Assembly: GCA_964413115.1 (NCBI GenBank) | Contig: CAYPSQ010000003.1 | Coordinates: 23,174-87,173, forward strand | DNA length: 64,000 nt | DNA from: an uncultured Rhizobiaceae bacterium | GTDB taxonomy: Bacteria > Pseudomonadota > Alphaproteobacteria > UBA828 | Direction of reading: 5' to 3' | Shown: positions 50,425 through 60,306 of the stretch, piece after piece | Position numbering within the stretch: the first letter of the stretch is position 1 | Layout: every line of letters begins with the position of its first letter | Translations under genes and position numbers: made by a program | Notes under the pieces: generated by a model | What the model was told of the DNA's origin: nothing | What the model saw: the letters and a program-made list of their open reading frames with translations, nothing else | Database searches by the model: none

Positions 50425-51297
50425 TTATTCGCTCGGTGAAACAATATCGGCTCGTGCATCGGCGGTAAAGGCACGTTCGCCATTGATTGTGAAGGCATTG
50501 ATCGCAGCTTGTCCGGCGGGTGAGATCAACCAGTCTATAAAGCGCTGGCCAAGGTCGAATTTAACATGCGGATGGCGTTCCCTATTGACCAAAATTACGC
50601 CATATGGGTTGAACAGGGCGGGGTCGCCGCGCACCATCACTTTGAGGCCGAGGCGGTTGTTAAAATTAAGCCAGGTACCTGTATCGGCGAGGGTATAGGC
50701 CGCCATTGCCGCCGAGATATTCAGTGTCGCCCCCATACCGCTGCCGGCCTCGCGGTACCAACTCGGTGATAATTGGTCTACATCATCGATGCCGGCGGCG
50801 AGCCATAACGCCTTCTCACGCTTATGGGTGCCGCTATCGTCGCCGCGCGAAATGAACGGCGCCTGGTTTTTGGCAATCTTGACGAGAGCCGCTCCTGCAT
50901 GCGCCATGCCGGCAACACCGGCCGGGTCTGCTGAGGGGCCAACCATGACAAATTCATTGTACATAACGTCGTAGCGCCGCACGCCGAATCCTTCGGCAAC
51001 AAACTTTTCCTCTGACGGCGTGTGATGCACGAACAGGACATCGGCGTCGCCGTTTTGCGCCAAGCGGACGGCTTGCCCAGTGCCAACCGCAAGTACGCGT
51101 ACCGCTATCCCGCTATGCTCTCGAAATATTGGCAATATGTGGTCGAACAGTCCGGAATTTTGGGTTGAGCTTGTCGACGCGACGGTGATGAAAGGCACCT
51201 CGGAGCGCGCCGGGGTGCCGGAAATTATCACGGCGATGGCGGCCAATAGACTAAAGGTCAGAAAAGTCCTACGAAAAAGAATCAACATCGAAGTCAT
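50425..51297 (-). CDS. tupA: tungstate ABC transporter substrate-binding protein (TupA-like)
   Basis: 290 aa with signal peptide. ITVASTSSTQNSGLFD matches the TupA TTTS..SGL anion-binding motif. Adjacent to the W-enzyme operon. Confidence 0.6.
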   Translation of the reverse strand: MTSMLILFRRTFLTFSLLAAIAVIISGTPARSEVPFITVASTSSTQNSGLFDHILPIFREHSGIAVRVLAVGTGQAVRLAQNGDADVLFVHHTPSEEKFVAEGFGVRRYDVMYNEFVMVGPSADPAGVAGMAHAGAALVKIAKNQAPFISRGDDSGTHKREKALWLAAGIDDVDQLSPSWYREAGSGMGATLNISAAMAAYTLADTGTWLNFNNRLGLKVMVRGDPALFNPYGVILVNRERHPHVKFDLGQRFIDWLISPAGQAAINAFTINGERAFTADARADIVSPSE

Positions 51298-51318
51298 CGT
51301 GAGTGACCGATTTCCGGT

Positions 51319-52077
51319 TCAGGGCGGGGTGAGTTCGCGGCGCTGCCACCACAGCAATTCGCCGCGCAGAAAAGCTTGCGCCAAATCATTCTTCGGTTTC
51401 GCAAAAAACGTTGGCGCGGCGGATTTTTCCATCAGCCGACCGCGATGGATGAACATAACTTCATCAGCAAGCCGGCGGGCCTGGCCAAGATCATGTGTCG
51501 ACATGATGATCTTCGTGCCCTCATCTTTCATCGCTAAAATAACTTCCTCAATGACATGGGTTGCCACCGGGTCGATGCTGGCGGTCGGCTCATCGAGGAA
51601 CAGGACTTGCGGTCGCAGTGCCCAGGAGCGCGCTAGCGCCAGGCGTTGCTGTTCACCGAACGACAATACGCGGGCGGAGGTTTTAGCGAAGCGGCTTAGG
51701 CCGGCGCGGCCTAGTGCTTCCTCAACTAGGGTGCGCCGGTGCCGGCGTGGTACGTTGCGCAACGCTAGGGCGAATTCGATATTGGCTTGCACGGAGCGGC
51801 GCAACAATACTGGGCGCTGGAATACCATCGCTTGATAGGGCGACGGATTGCGCCCGCCTGCACCGGACCAGCGGACCGTGCCAGCGCTTGGCTCTAAGAG
51901 ACCGTGGCAGAGGCGGAGCAGCAGGCTTTTGCCGGCGCCGTTGGGTCCGACGATTATGGAGATATCTTTGGCCTCTAGGGTGCAGGAAACATCCTTTAGC
52001 AGGCGCTGATGACCAACGTTGAAGCTCACGCCGCTTAATTCTAACGGTAAGATTGATGGGGCGTCCGCCGATATCAT
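51319..52077 (-). CDS. tupC: ABC transporter ATP-binding protein (TupC-like)
   Basis: 252 aa. Walker A GPNGAGKS, signature LSFGEQQR, Walker B LFLDEP. 4-bp overlap with the permease gene. Confidence 0.65.
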   Translation of the reverse strand: MISADAPSILPLELSGVSFNVGHQRLLKDVSCTLEAKDISIIVGPNGAGKSLLLRLCHGLLEPSAGTVRWSGAGGRNPSPYQAMVFQRPVLLRRSVQANIEFALALRNVPRRHRRTLVEEALGRAGLSRFAKTSARVLSFGEQQRLALARSWALRPQVLFLDEPTASIDPVATHVIEEVILAMKDEGTKIIMSTHDLGQARRLADEVMFIHRGRLMEKSAAPTFFAKPKNDLAQAFLRGELLWWQRRELTPP

Positions 52078-52781
52078 GGAGTTACCCCTTGGCGGTGGCT
52101 GCCCCGGAGGACATAAGCCATCCCGTTCACCAGCACCGAAATTATAACTAGGATGATACCGAGGCCAAGCGCCAGGGCTAGATTTCCCTTGCTCACTTCG
52201 AGCGCGATGGAGGTCGTCATGACGCGGGTGACATGGTCAATATTGCCGCCAACAATCATCACCGCACCGACTTCAGCTATAGCCCGGCCAAAACCGGCCA
52301 GCACGGCCGTCATCAAACTATAACGGCCATCCCGAAGGAGGACGCCAAGCGAGCGCAGTGGTGTCGTCCCAAGCGAGCGCAATTGTTCCTCATATTCGAG
52401 CCACAGGGTTTCCATGACTTGGCGCGCAAGCGCTGCGATCAGCGGCGTAATCAGCAGCACCTGGGCGATTATCATAGCCGTCGGCGTGAACAGCAGGCCG
52501 AGTACTCCAAACGGTCCGGCGCGCGACAGCAGCAGATAGACGATCAAGCCGATCACCACCGGCGGCAGGCCCATGAATGCGTTCAACACGATGACCAAAA
52601 CCGTGCGTCCGGGAAAACGAAACAACGCCAGTGCCGCACCGATGGGGAGTCCGATGATGCTGGCGATCACAACCGCGCTGAGGCTCACCTTGAGCGACAA
52701 CAGCACGACCTCCGAAAGGTCGCTGTCCAAATTTGCGACGAGGGCAAAGGCGGTCGATATCGCAGCGCCGAAATCGGTCAT
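52074..52781 (-). CDS. tupB: ABC transporter permease (TupB-like)
   Basis: 235 aa. Multi-TM protein with ABC permease EAA-like loop. Confidence 0.6.
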   Translation of the reverse strand: MTDFGAAISTAFALVANLDSDLSEVVLLSLKVSLSAVVIASIIGLPIGAALALFRFPGRTVLVIVLNAFMGLPPVVIGLIVYLLLSRAGPFGVLGLLFTPTAMIIAQVLLITPLIAALARQVMETLWLEYEEQLRSLGTTPLRSLGVLLRDGRYSLMTAVLAGFGRAIAEVGAVMIVGGNIDHVTRVMTTSIALEVSKGNLALALGLGIILVIISVLVNGMAYVLRGSHRQGVTP

Positions 52782-52865
52782 GCCGCTTTACTAGCATGGA
52801 GAATCATCAAGGGGCAGGCCTAGTTTGCTTTGGCACACGCTCACCTGGACGGGGGAGACAGCTCG

Positions 52866-53156
52866 CTAGCCGCCGCCACGTTGAAAATGAAGATCGATCC
52901 GGGCCATTTCTGCGGCGGCATCGTCATAGCCGGTAAGGGCGAAGCACACGAACGTTATCGGTAGTGCCACCTGGGCGATACGGCGAACAGATTCCTCGGA
53001 CAGTGTGATGTCTATTCTTCGCTCACCGTCCGCCACCGAAATTTTTCCTTTCACCGGTTTGAAATTATTGTGGCCAAGTGCGCGGGCGAGCAGGCGAGTA
53101 AAATCGCGATGGGTAATCGCCATTTCTTTTTCAAAAAAGACCGGCTTGCGACTCAT
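52866..53156 (-). CDS. hypothetical 96-aa protein ending in Gly-Gly-Gly, translationally coupled to the MoaD-like gene
   Basis: Trimmed to MSRKPVFFEKEM... ATGA overlap with the upstream moaD-like stop. No recognisable family. Confidence 0.4.
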   Translation of the reverse strand: MSRKPVFFEKEMAITHRDFTRLLARALGHNNFKPVKGKISVADGERRIDITLSEESVRRIAQVALPITFVCFALTGYDDAAAEMARIDLHFQRGGG

Positions 53157-53410
53157 GTATGTCCGCCCGCGATGGGTGGCCAGACGGCAACGGCGTCGTT
53201 TTCGTTCAGCCGATGTAGTTCGCGCTGGCCGGGGGCAACGAAGACGCCGTTGATTAGCACCAGATGGCAGTTTTCTGGCGGCACCATGTACTTCGCCAAC
53301 ACGGATGCAGGCGTGGCATTGTCTTCGACCTCGATGTCGATTTGGTTGTCCTTTGTGCCGGGCGGCAAATACATGCTCAGCATCGCATAAAGCTTGAGCG
53401 TGATCTTCAT
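53153..53410 (-). CDS. MoaD/ThiS-family ubiquitin-like small sulfur-carrier protein
   Basis: 85 aa, beta-grasp-like, ends ...VWPPIAGGHT (Gly-Gly near C-terminus). Sits where the MoaD-like gene sits in bacterial aor operons. Confidence 0.55.
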   Translation of the reverse strand: MKITLKLYAMLSMYLPPGTKDNQIDIEVEDNATPASVLAKYMVPPENCHLVLINGVFVAPGQRELHRLNENDAVAVWPPIAGGHT

Positions 53411-53431
53411 AGCCCAAGCCCGCGTGGCGGG

Positions 53432-54679
53432 TTAAAGCTGGCTTTGCGCGACGTAGGCCTCCATGACGCGGTTCGGGCTGGCCAGGAGTTTGTCTTTCCA
53501 GTCGCCAAGCGGCGTGCGGCTGGTGATGAGGCCCCGCATCACGCCGATATGCTCGGTCATGCCGATGCCGAGCGCCCCGATTAAATGGTCTTCCTGGAAC
53601 TGCAAACAGAGATATTTGTAATTCTCTTCATCGGTCGCGGCGGCAGAGTCTCCGCCGGAGACGCCGTCCCATTTACCAAAGGAGCTCGATACCAGGCCAG
53701 CCGTCGCCAACACGTTCATATTCAGGCTGCCCTTATAGACCGGGCTGTGTCCAGCCATATTCAAAGCTGCAATGCGACCATGCTCAACGGCGGTCGGCTG
53801 AATTGCGTGTACCATATGGCCGCCGGTCGAGAAGTCAGGCCCCTGCGCCACATCGCCTGCGGCAAAGATATTCTCGACATTGGTGGCCAGATGTTCGTCG
53901 ACCAAAATACCGTCATCGGTGGCGACGCCGCTGCCATCGAGAAAATCCATGTTGGGCGCCACGCCGACCGCGAGGACAACCAGATGCGCGTTTAGCTTGC
54001 GCCCGTCTTCAAGTACGACGTTTTTGTCGCCATCACCGTCCGACGCTGCTTCAATGGCGCTTACCCGGCTTGATGTTAGCACCTCGACATTCTTGCTCTC
54101 ACACCATCGCTTCAGCATGCCGCCGGCGGCGTCGTCCATCATGCGCGAAACCATGCGCTCTTCCATTTCCACAACGCTTAAATTACCGGCCAGCTTGAGT
54201 AACGATTCAAGGATGATGCATCCGATAAAGCCGGCGCCGATCAGCACCACGTTGGAATCCTTCGCCGCCAATTTAGCGATCTCGCGTGCATCCGCCAACG
54301 TCCAGCAATTATGCACGCCCGCCAAATCTATGCCCGGAACCGGCAATTGCATTGGCCGAGCGCCGGTGGCGACCAGCAAGCGGTCATAGCCAATTTTTTC
54401 GCCGCCTTCTATGGTCAGGGAATTGTCGCCAGCGGAGACGGTTTCGACGCGGCCGTGGCTATATTGGATAGCGAGCGCGTCGTAATGCCCAGCCGTTTTG
54501 CGCAAATATGTGCCATCCTCGGCGATGTTGCCTTCCAGCAGGTAGGGAATAGCCATGCGCGAATAAGGTGGTTCTGGCTCACCGCCGATGAGGTGTATTT
54601 CGGCGTTGCGATCGTTCTTGTGCAAGGTTTCGGCTGCGACGACGCCGGCTGGTCCGGCGCCAACGATGACGTGCTTCAT
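53432..54679 (-). CDS. FAD-dependent pyridine nucleotide-disulfide oxidoreductase, AorC-like NAD(P)H-linked subunit
   Basis: 415 aa. Two Rossmann motifs (VIVGAGPAGVVAAE, VVLIGAGFIGC). Confidence 0.7.
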   Translation of the reverse strand: MKHVIVGAGPAGVVAAETLHKNDRNAEIHLIGGEPEPPYSRMAIPYLLEGNIAEDGTYLRKTAGHYDALAIQYSHGRVETVSAGDNSLTIEGGEKIGYDRLLVATGARPMQLPVPGIDLAGVHNCWTLADAREIAKLAAKDSNVVLIGAGFIGCIILESLLKLAGNLSVVEMEERMVSRMMDDAAGGMLKRWCESKNVEVLTSSRVSAIEAASDGDGDKNVVLEDGRKLNAHLVVLAVGVAPNMDFLDGSGVATDDGILVDEHLATNVENIFAAGDVAQGPDFSTGGHMVHAIQPTAVEHGRIAALNMAGHSPVYKGSLNMNVLATAGLVSSSFGKWDGVSGGDSAAATDEENYKYLCLQFQEDHLIGALGIGMTEHIGVMRGLITSRTPLGDWKDKLLASPNRVMEAYVAQSQL

Positions 54680-54800
54680 GACAATACCCTCGGCTGAATC
54701 CCGGTTAGGCCGCTTGAACCTGCGGCCGACGAACTGGAGGTTGGCCTCCCCGGTTCTGGCCGAAGAGGTTGCAACTCAAAAAATGATCGACGACCCGCTT

Positions 54801-56648
54801 TCAGAGCGCGATACGCTCCAACGTTTCGTTCGACGGCACGCCATCGGTGGTCCAGCCGCGCGCGTCGTAATATTCCGGCAGCATTTTGGCGAGGTCGCTG
54901 GTCTTGCCTTCCGCCGGACCAGTTTTGGCAGCGTCCTTTAACAGCCGTTTGGGCAGAGTATCGTCAGCGCTGGTGAAGCCAGCTTGCAGATTATACATGC
55001 GCTCCAGATTCCACACCCGCTCGCCGACCTCTACCAGACGCTCCGGCGTCCAATCGCCTTCGCATGCTGCGTCGATTTGCGGTGCGATATCGTCGAGCGA
55101 CCAGGCAAAGGTAGTGAACAGACACAGGCCTGAGGAATCGACTGCTCCGGTCGCGTCTTGGAAAGCCTTAACTAGGCCAGCCTTGCCGTCAGACTCGGTG
55201 GGTTCGGTCTTTTCAGGGATACCAAAAATCTCAGAGGAAACCGTGTATCCTCGCAGATGGCAGGCGCCTCGGTTCGAAGTGGCGTAGGTCAGCCCCATGC
55301 CCTGTATGCCGCGCGCATCATAGGCTGGGAATTCCTGGCCCTTTACCGCCATCGACAGTTCTGGTTTGCTGTACTTCTCGCACAGCCGTTTGGAACCCAG
55401 GCCGATTTCAGCACCGAAGCCCTCGCCCCGGCCGGTCAGTTCGGCTAACTCGGTCAGCGCTTTTGCCGATCCAAACTTGACCTCCATCCCGTCGGTATCT
55501 TTGTCGCTGATCACGCCGCTCTCATAAAGTTCCATCGCTGCACCAACGGTGGCACCGAACGAGATCGGATCAAATCCCTGTTCATTGCAAATGAAGTTAG
55601 CAAATGTCAGCGCGTCCAAATCATCCACGCCGGTTGCCGCGCCAAGCGCCCATGCAGCCTCATATTCCAAACCGCCGGAAGCGATTTGATATTGTGGCCG
55701 TTCTGCGACTGTATAGTGACTGCGCTCGACAGTGGAAATACGGCCGCAGGCAATGGTGCAGCCGAAACAGGCGGCCGTGGTTAAAAGATTGGTCTTGCCA
55801 TCGCCGGCACGCGGTTCAGACATAGCCTCGGCCGAAATATTATTAGCTCCCGAGAACTGGCTATCAAGATGGTTACGCGTTGGCAATGCGCCCGATTCGT
55901 TAATCACATTCATCAACACCTGAGTGCCGTAGGTTGGCAGGCCCTGGCCCGTGACCGGATTTTCGGCAAGAACTGCCTTGCCGGATGAAACGGCGGCGAG
56001 GAATTTTTCGGAATCCTCAACCTGTACGCCGAGCGAACCACGTATGGCGACGGCCTTTAAATTTTTAGAGCCCATTACCGCTCCGACACCGGAGCGCCCC
56101 GCAGCTCGGTGCATATCATTCACCACACACGCAAACTTGACGCCCTTTTCGCCGGACACGCCGATTGACGCGATTCGCAGGAGGGGGTCCTGATGCTTTG
56201 CTTTGATGCCTTCTTCGGTATCCCAGCAGGACTTGCCCCAAAAATCGCCGGCATCCACCAATTGTGCGTTGTCATTTTCGAGCAGCAGATAGACCGGCGA
56301 CTTCGCCTTGCCTTCGAAAATAATCATGTCGTAACCGGCATTCTTCATTTCGTTACCGAAAAAACCGCCGGAATTCGAGCACGCGATAGCGTTGGTGAGG
56401 GCGCCCTTGGTGATGATCGAATAGCGCCCTGCCGTTGATGCGCAGGTGCCGGTCAGTGGGCCGGTCGCCATGATCATTTTGTTGTCCGGCGACATTGGGT
56501 CGACCTTCGGGTCAGTTTCTTCGACCAGATACTTTGTTGCCAAGCCGCGCTGGCCAAGATATTTCTGCGCCCACTCCATGTTCAGCGGTTCGTTGGTGCA
56601 CGTGCCCTTAGACAGGTTAACGCGCAATACATTTCTTGCCCATGCCAT
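54801..56648 (-). CDS. aldehyde:ferredoxin oxidoreductase family tungsten enzyme (AorB-like)
   Basis: 615 aa. N-terminal AOR domain (NVLRVNLSKG...) and C-terminal W-bis-pyranopterin/4Fe-4S binding regions typical of the AOR family. Confidence 0.85.
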   Translation of the reverse strand: MAWARNVLRVNLSKGTCTNEPLNMEWAQKYLGQRGLATKYLVEETDPKVDPMSPDNKMIMATGPLTGTCASTAGRYSIITKGALTNAIACSNSGGFFGNEMKNAGYDMIIFEGKAKSPVYLLLENDNAQLVDAGDFWGKSCWDTEEGIKAKHQDPLLRIASIGVSGEKGVKFACVVNDMHRAAGRSGVGAVMGSKNLKAVAIRGSLGVQVEDSEKFLAAVSSGKAVLAENPVTGQGLPTYGTQVLMNVINESGALPTRNHLDSQFSGANNISAEAMSEPRAGDGKTNLLTTAACFGCTIACGRISTVERSHYTVAERPQYQIASGGLEYEAAWALGAATGVDDLDALTFANFICNEQGFDPISFGATVGAAMELYESGVISDKDTDGMEVKFGSAKALTELAELTGRGEGFGAEIGLGSKRLCEKYSKPELSMAVKGQEFPAYDARGIQGMGLTYATSNRGACHLRGYTVSSEIFGIPEKTEPTESDGKAGLVKAFQDATGAVDSSGLCLFTTFAWSLDDIAPQIDAACEGDWTPERLVEVGERVWNLERMYNLQAGFTSADDTLPKRLLKDAAKTGPAEGKTSDLAKMLPEYYDARGWTTDGVPSNETLERIAL

Positions 56649-56662
56649 GATCTATATCCTCC

Positions 56663-57142
56663 CTAAGCCTCTGCCTGCGCGCCGGAATCAGTTTTTGAAG
56701 CCCAATTGCGCATCTTGTCGAGGCCGGTCCAGTTGGCATCAACATATGTGATCGCCGCTGTCGGGCATGCGCTGGCGCACTTCGGATCACCGCCGCAGAG
56801 ATCACATTTGATCACCTTGCCGGTGTCGGCATTATAATTCACGGTGCCGAACGGGCACGCAATGGTGCAAACCTTACATCCGACACAGGCGGCGTCTGAC
56901 ACCACTTTGGCGCCGGTCTCTGCATCCACAGAGATCGCATCGACCGGACAGGCCGACATGCACCAGGCGTCATCGCATTGGGTGCAGGTGTAGGGAACCT
57001 GGCGGCCTTGTTCGTGGAAATTAAAGACCTTGATCCGCGATTTAGCCGGATTGAAAATTTCCTCGTTTTCATACGAACAAGCTAGCTCACACTGCAGGCA
57101 CCCAGTACATTTTTCAGGATCAATGTGGAGTGATTTCAACAC
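56663..57142 (-). CDS. 4x[4Fe-4S] ferredoxin-like electron-transfer subunit (AorA-like)
   Basis: 159 aa with four CxxCxxCxxxCP motifs. GTG start with GGGAGGT RBS. Confidence 0.8.
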   Translation of the reverse strand: MLKSLHIDPEKCTGCLQCELACSYENEEIFNPAKSRIKVFNFHEQGRQVPYTCTQCDDAWCMSACPVDAISVDAETGAKVVSDAACVGCKVCTIACPFGTVNYNADTGKVIKCDLCGGDPKCASACPTAAITYVDANWTGLDKMRNWASKTDSGAQAEA

Positions 57143-57270
57143 GGTCTATACCTCCCGGCTCTTTCTAGAACTTGATTGTTAACACTTTCTCCGTTTCACC
57201 CAAGTCGCGCAACACTTTAAATCATGAGAATGAGAAGCATTCTCAGAGCCGTCTCCGACGGCGTTGGTTT

Positions 57271-57768
57271 CTATGCGTGTTCTGCCATATCGCGACTGCC
57301 TGCGACGATCGCCTTGATGATATTGTGGTAGCCGGTGCACCGGCATAGATTGCCTTCAAGATGGGCGCGGACTTCACTTTCACTGGCTTTAGGCTTAGTT
57401 CGCGCTAGTTCGACCGCCGTCATTAGCATGCCCGGTGTGCAAAATCCGCACTGCAAGGCGTGATACTCCTTGAACGCGGCCTGCATTGGATGTAATTCCG
57501 CTTCTGTCCCAAGACCTTCGACTGTCGTCACGTCGGCACCGTCTGCGCGCACAGCCAGCATGGTGCAGGATTTCACGCAGCGGCCGTTGACATGCACATT
57601 GCAGGCGCCGCATTGACTGGTGTCACAGCCGATATGGGTACCGGTCAGACTGAGCCGCTCACGCAGAAAGGTCGAGAGCAGCATGTTCGCCGGCACGCTT
57701 TCGCGCACGCTCCGGCCATTGACTGTCGCTGATATCGAGACGGCGGTGGTGGTTTCGTCGGCTGACAT
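57271..57768 (-). CDS. [2Fe-2S]-binding small subunit of molybdo-hydroxylase family (CoxS-like), orphan
   Basis: 165 aa. [12 protein letters not shown] and CGFCTPGM motifs. Confidence 0.8.
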   Translation of the reverse strand: MSADETTTAVSISATVNGRSVRESVPANMLLSTFLRERLSLTGTHIGCDTSQCGACNVHVNGRCVKSCTMLAVRADGADVTTVEGLGTEAELHPMQAAFKEYHALQCGFCTPGMLMTAVELARTKPKASESEVRAHLEGNLCRCTGYHNIIKAIVAGSRDMAEHA

Positions 57769-58058
57769 GCTTCCTCCGCAAAATCCTAAGCCATATCCTA
57801 TCTTGAACCTGGCCTATGAATCCCATTCTCCGTGACACCGGCGGGATTTCATGGGGCGCTCTGGCGCAGCCGGCAGGATAACGCGTCGGGAAAGGCGCGA
57901 CAAAAGAATTATGCAGCCCAGTGTAGTGTTAGTTGTCGCCAAGCCTTGGAGACCAATGCGTAGTGACATGCGTCATTGAGACACGGTAAGTTCACAGAGA
58001 CATTATCGGTGGCGGCTTTCTGGTTGTTCACACAGGCGGCAATTGTACGGAGACAGGC

Positions 58059-59606
58059 ATGAATATCGCGGCATTGCTAGCTAAGGTAGCCCTTAGCTCT
58101 TCCGACCGGCCGGCCATTACCTGGGGCACAGAGACCTGGTCTGACTATGCCAGTTTTCACCGAGTTGCCGGAGCCATTGGCGGCGCCCTAAATAGAGACT
58201 ATGGCCTGGAAGCAGGCGACCGAGTGGCAATCACCATGTCGAACCGGCCGGAATTTTTAGAAACCTTATTCGGAATTTGGTACGCTGGTTTGGTAGCGGT
58301 GCCGATAAATTACAAGCTTCATCCTGCTGAATTTGCTTACATACTCGATAATTCTGGCGCGCGAATGTGTTTTACGGGTCCGGAACTGGCACCGGCCATC
58401 GAAAAATTAATGGCGGCGTCGGGTTCCTTGGAAAGTGTCATCGCGGCGGGCAGCGATACCTATCATAAATTGTGTAGTAATCCTGTACTGCCCTATCAGA
58501 GCCGCGCGCCTGAGGATCCCGCTTGGCTGTTCTATACCAGCGGCACCACCGGGCGACCTAAAGGCGCGACCCTCAGCCACCGCAATCTATTAGTCATGAC
58601 CCTTAGCTACTTTGCCGACATGGACTTCATCAGCCCGGATGATTGCGTCCTTCACGCGGCGCCGTTGTCACACGCCTCGGGGCTCTACGCGCTTCCTCAC
58701 GTAGCTAAGGCAGCTAATAACGTTATTCCAAAAAGCGGTGGATTCGAAGCCGAAGAGATACTCGGTCTTATTCCGCAGTTTTCTGGCGTTACCCTTTTCG
58801 GGGCGCCGACCATGATCGTCCGACTCATGAACAGCCCTGCCATGGCCACTGCCGATACAAAGAACCTAAAGCTGCTCTATTATGGCGGTGCGCCGATGTA
58901 TGTGGCCGATGTGATGCAGGCGCTAGAAATATTTGGCTCCAAGCTGGTGCAAATATATGGCCAAGGCGAGGCACCGATGACCATCAGCTATTTGCCGCGC
59001 CACTTCTACGCTGATTCTGGTCATCCGCGCTATGCTGAGCGAATCGCCTCCACTGGAATTGCACGAACCGATGTAGAATTCCGCGTTATCGATAAAGATG
59101 ATAAACAAGTGCTACCTGGACAAGCTGGGGAAGTGGTCGTGCGCGGCGATGTGGTGATGACCGGCTATTGGCAAAACCCAGAGGCGACTGCGGCAGCATT
59201 GCGCGGTGGCTGGCTGCATACCGGCGATATTGGTAGTGTGGATGAAGATGGCTTTCTCACCCTGATGGACCGTTCCAAGGACATGATCATATCGGGTGGC
59301 ACTAATATTTACCCACGCGAAATCGAAGAAGTGCTGCTGCGCCATGAGGGCGTGCGCGAGATATCAGTCGTTGGGCGGCCGCATGCTGATTGGGGTGAGG
59401 AAGTGGTGGCGTTCGTAGTGCGGGCAGAGGAGGGCCCGGAAGTGACGGCCAAAGCCCTCGACACGCTTTGCCTGGAACATATAGCGCGTTTCAAACGGCC
59501 CAAGGAATATATATTTGAGGCCATTTTGCCTAAGAACAATTACGGCAAAGTTATGAAACGCGACCTTCGTGATCGCCTTGTGGCTGAAGCAGGTTTGGTG
59601 AATTAG
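58059..59606 (+). CDS. AMP-dependent acyl-CoA synthetase/ligase
   Basis: 515 aa. AMP-binding signature YTSGTTGRPKG and adenylate-forming fold. Confidence 0.85.
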   Translation: MNIAALLAKVALSSSDRPAITWGTETWSDYASFHRVAGAIGGALNRDYGLEAGDRVAITMSNRPEFLETLFGIWYAGLVAVPINYKLHPAEFAYILDNSGARMCFTGPELAPAIEKLMAASGSLESVIAAGSDTYHKLCSNPVLPYQSRAPEDPAWLFYTSGTTGRPKGATLSHRNLLVMTLSYFADMDFISPDDCVLHAAPLSHASGLYALPHVAKAANNVIPKSGGFEAEEILGLIPQFSGVTLFGAPTMIVRLMNSPAMATADTKNLKLLYYGGAPMYVADVMQALEIFGSKLVQIYGQGEAPMTISYLPRHFYADSGHPRYAERIASTGIARTDVEFRVIDKDDKQVLPGQAGEVVVRGDVVMTGYWQNPEATAAALRGGWLHTGDIGSVDEDGFLTLMDRSKDMIISGGTNIYPREIEEVLLRHEGVREISVVGRPHADWGEEVVAFVVRAEEGPEVTAKALDTLCLEHIARFKRPKEYIFEAILPKNNYGKVMKRDLRDRLVAEAGLVN

Positions 59607-59613
59607 TGGATCT

Positions 59614-60306
59614 TTAGATTCCGAGATATTCGTCAATGATCTCCTGATCGTTGAGTTGCGTTGGCTGAATGCTGGTGACGACCCGCCCTTTCTGCATGAT
59701 AAGGACGCGGCCTGCCAGCTTGGCGATGAATTGCAAATCCTGCTCCACCAGGAGAATGGTGAGGTGGAGGGCGGTGCTCAGGGCGTCCAGCTTTTCCATC
59801 ATCTGATCGACGATAGAAGGCTGTATTCCTTCGGTAGGCTCGTCCAAAAGAATAAGTTTGGGGCGCCCGACGAGGCAGCGCGCGAGCGCCAATATCTGCT
59901 GTTCACCGCCAGACAGTGTACGGCCGGACCGGTTTAGGAGCCCTTTAAGCAACGGGAAATATTCCAGTATCTCAGGGATTGCACTTTCGCCACCGCGTTT
60001 GACCTCACCCATTTTCATGTTTTCTAAGACGGTGAGTTGCGGGTAAATATCGCGACCCTGCGGTACATAACCCATTCCAAGCCGCGCTCGACGGAACATG
60101 GTGAGGCGCGTGATGTCCTCTCCGTTGAAACAGATAGTCCCTTGGTTGGCCTTTATTTCACCGATCAGCGTGCGCAGAAGCGTGGTTTTTCCCATGCCGT
60201 TGTGGCCAAGAATGCCGACAATTTCGCCTTCCTGAAGCGACAGCGAGACGCCTTCCAGGATGGGAATTCGGCCGTAGCCGGAATGCAGAGTTTCGACTTC
60301 AAGCAC
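59614..60306 (-). CDS. livF: branched-chain amino acid ABC transporter ATP-binding protein (LivF-like)
   Basis: Trimmed to a GTG start (VLEVETLHSGYG). Walker A GHNGMGKTT, signature LSGGEQQ. Confidence 0.7.
   Translation of the reverse strand: MLEVETLHSGYGRIPILEGVSLSLQEGEIVGILGHNGMGKTTLLRTLIGEIKANQGTICFNGEDITRLTMFRRARLGMGYVPQGRDIYPQLTVLENMKMGEVKRGGESAIPEILEYFPLLKGLLNRSGRTLSGGEQQILALARCLVGRPKLILLDEPTEGIQPSIVDQMMEKLDALSTALHLTILLVEQDLQFIAKLAGRVLIMQKGRVVTSIQPTQLNDQEIIDEYLGI

Noticed and set aside
50425-51297. Alternative assignment of the substrate-binding protein as molybdate-specific ModA
   Set aside because: The TTTS..SGL-like anion-binding motif and adjacency to a W-AOR favour TupA. Specificity cannot be settled from sequence alone.
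57143-57270. 7-bp-stem inverted repeat GAGAATG-agaag-CATTCTC between the coxS-like gene and aorA as a terminator
   Set aside because: Not followed by a U-tract on the relevant (minus) strand. It may be a regulatory site, but evidence is insufficient to call a feature.
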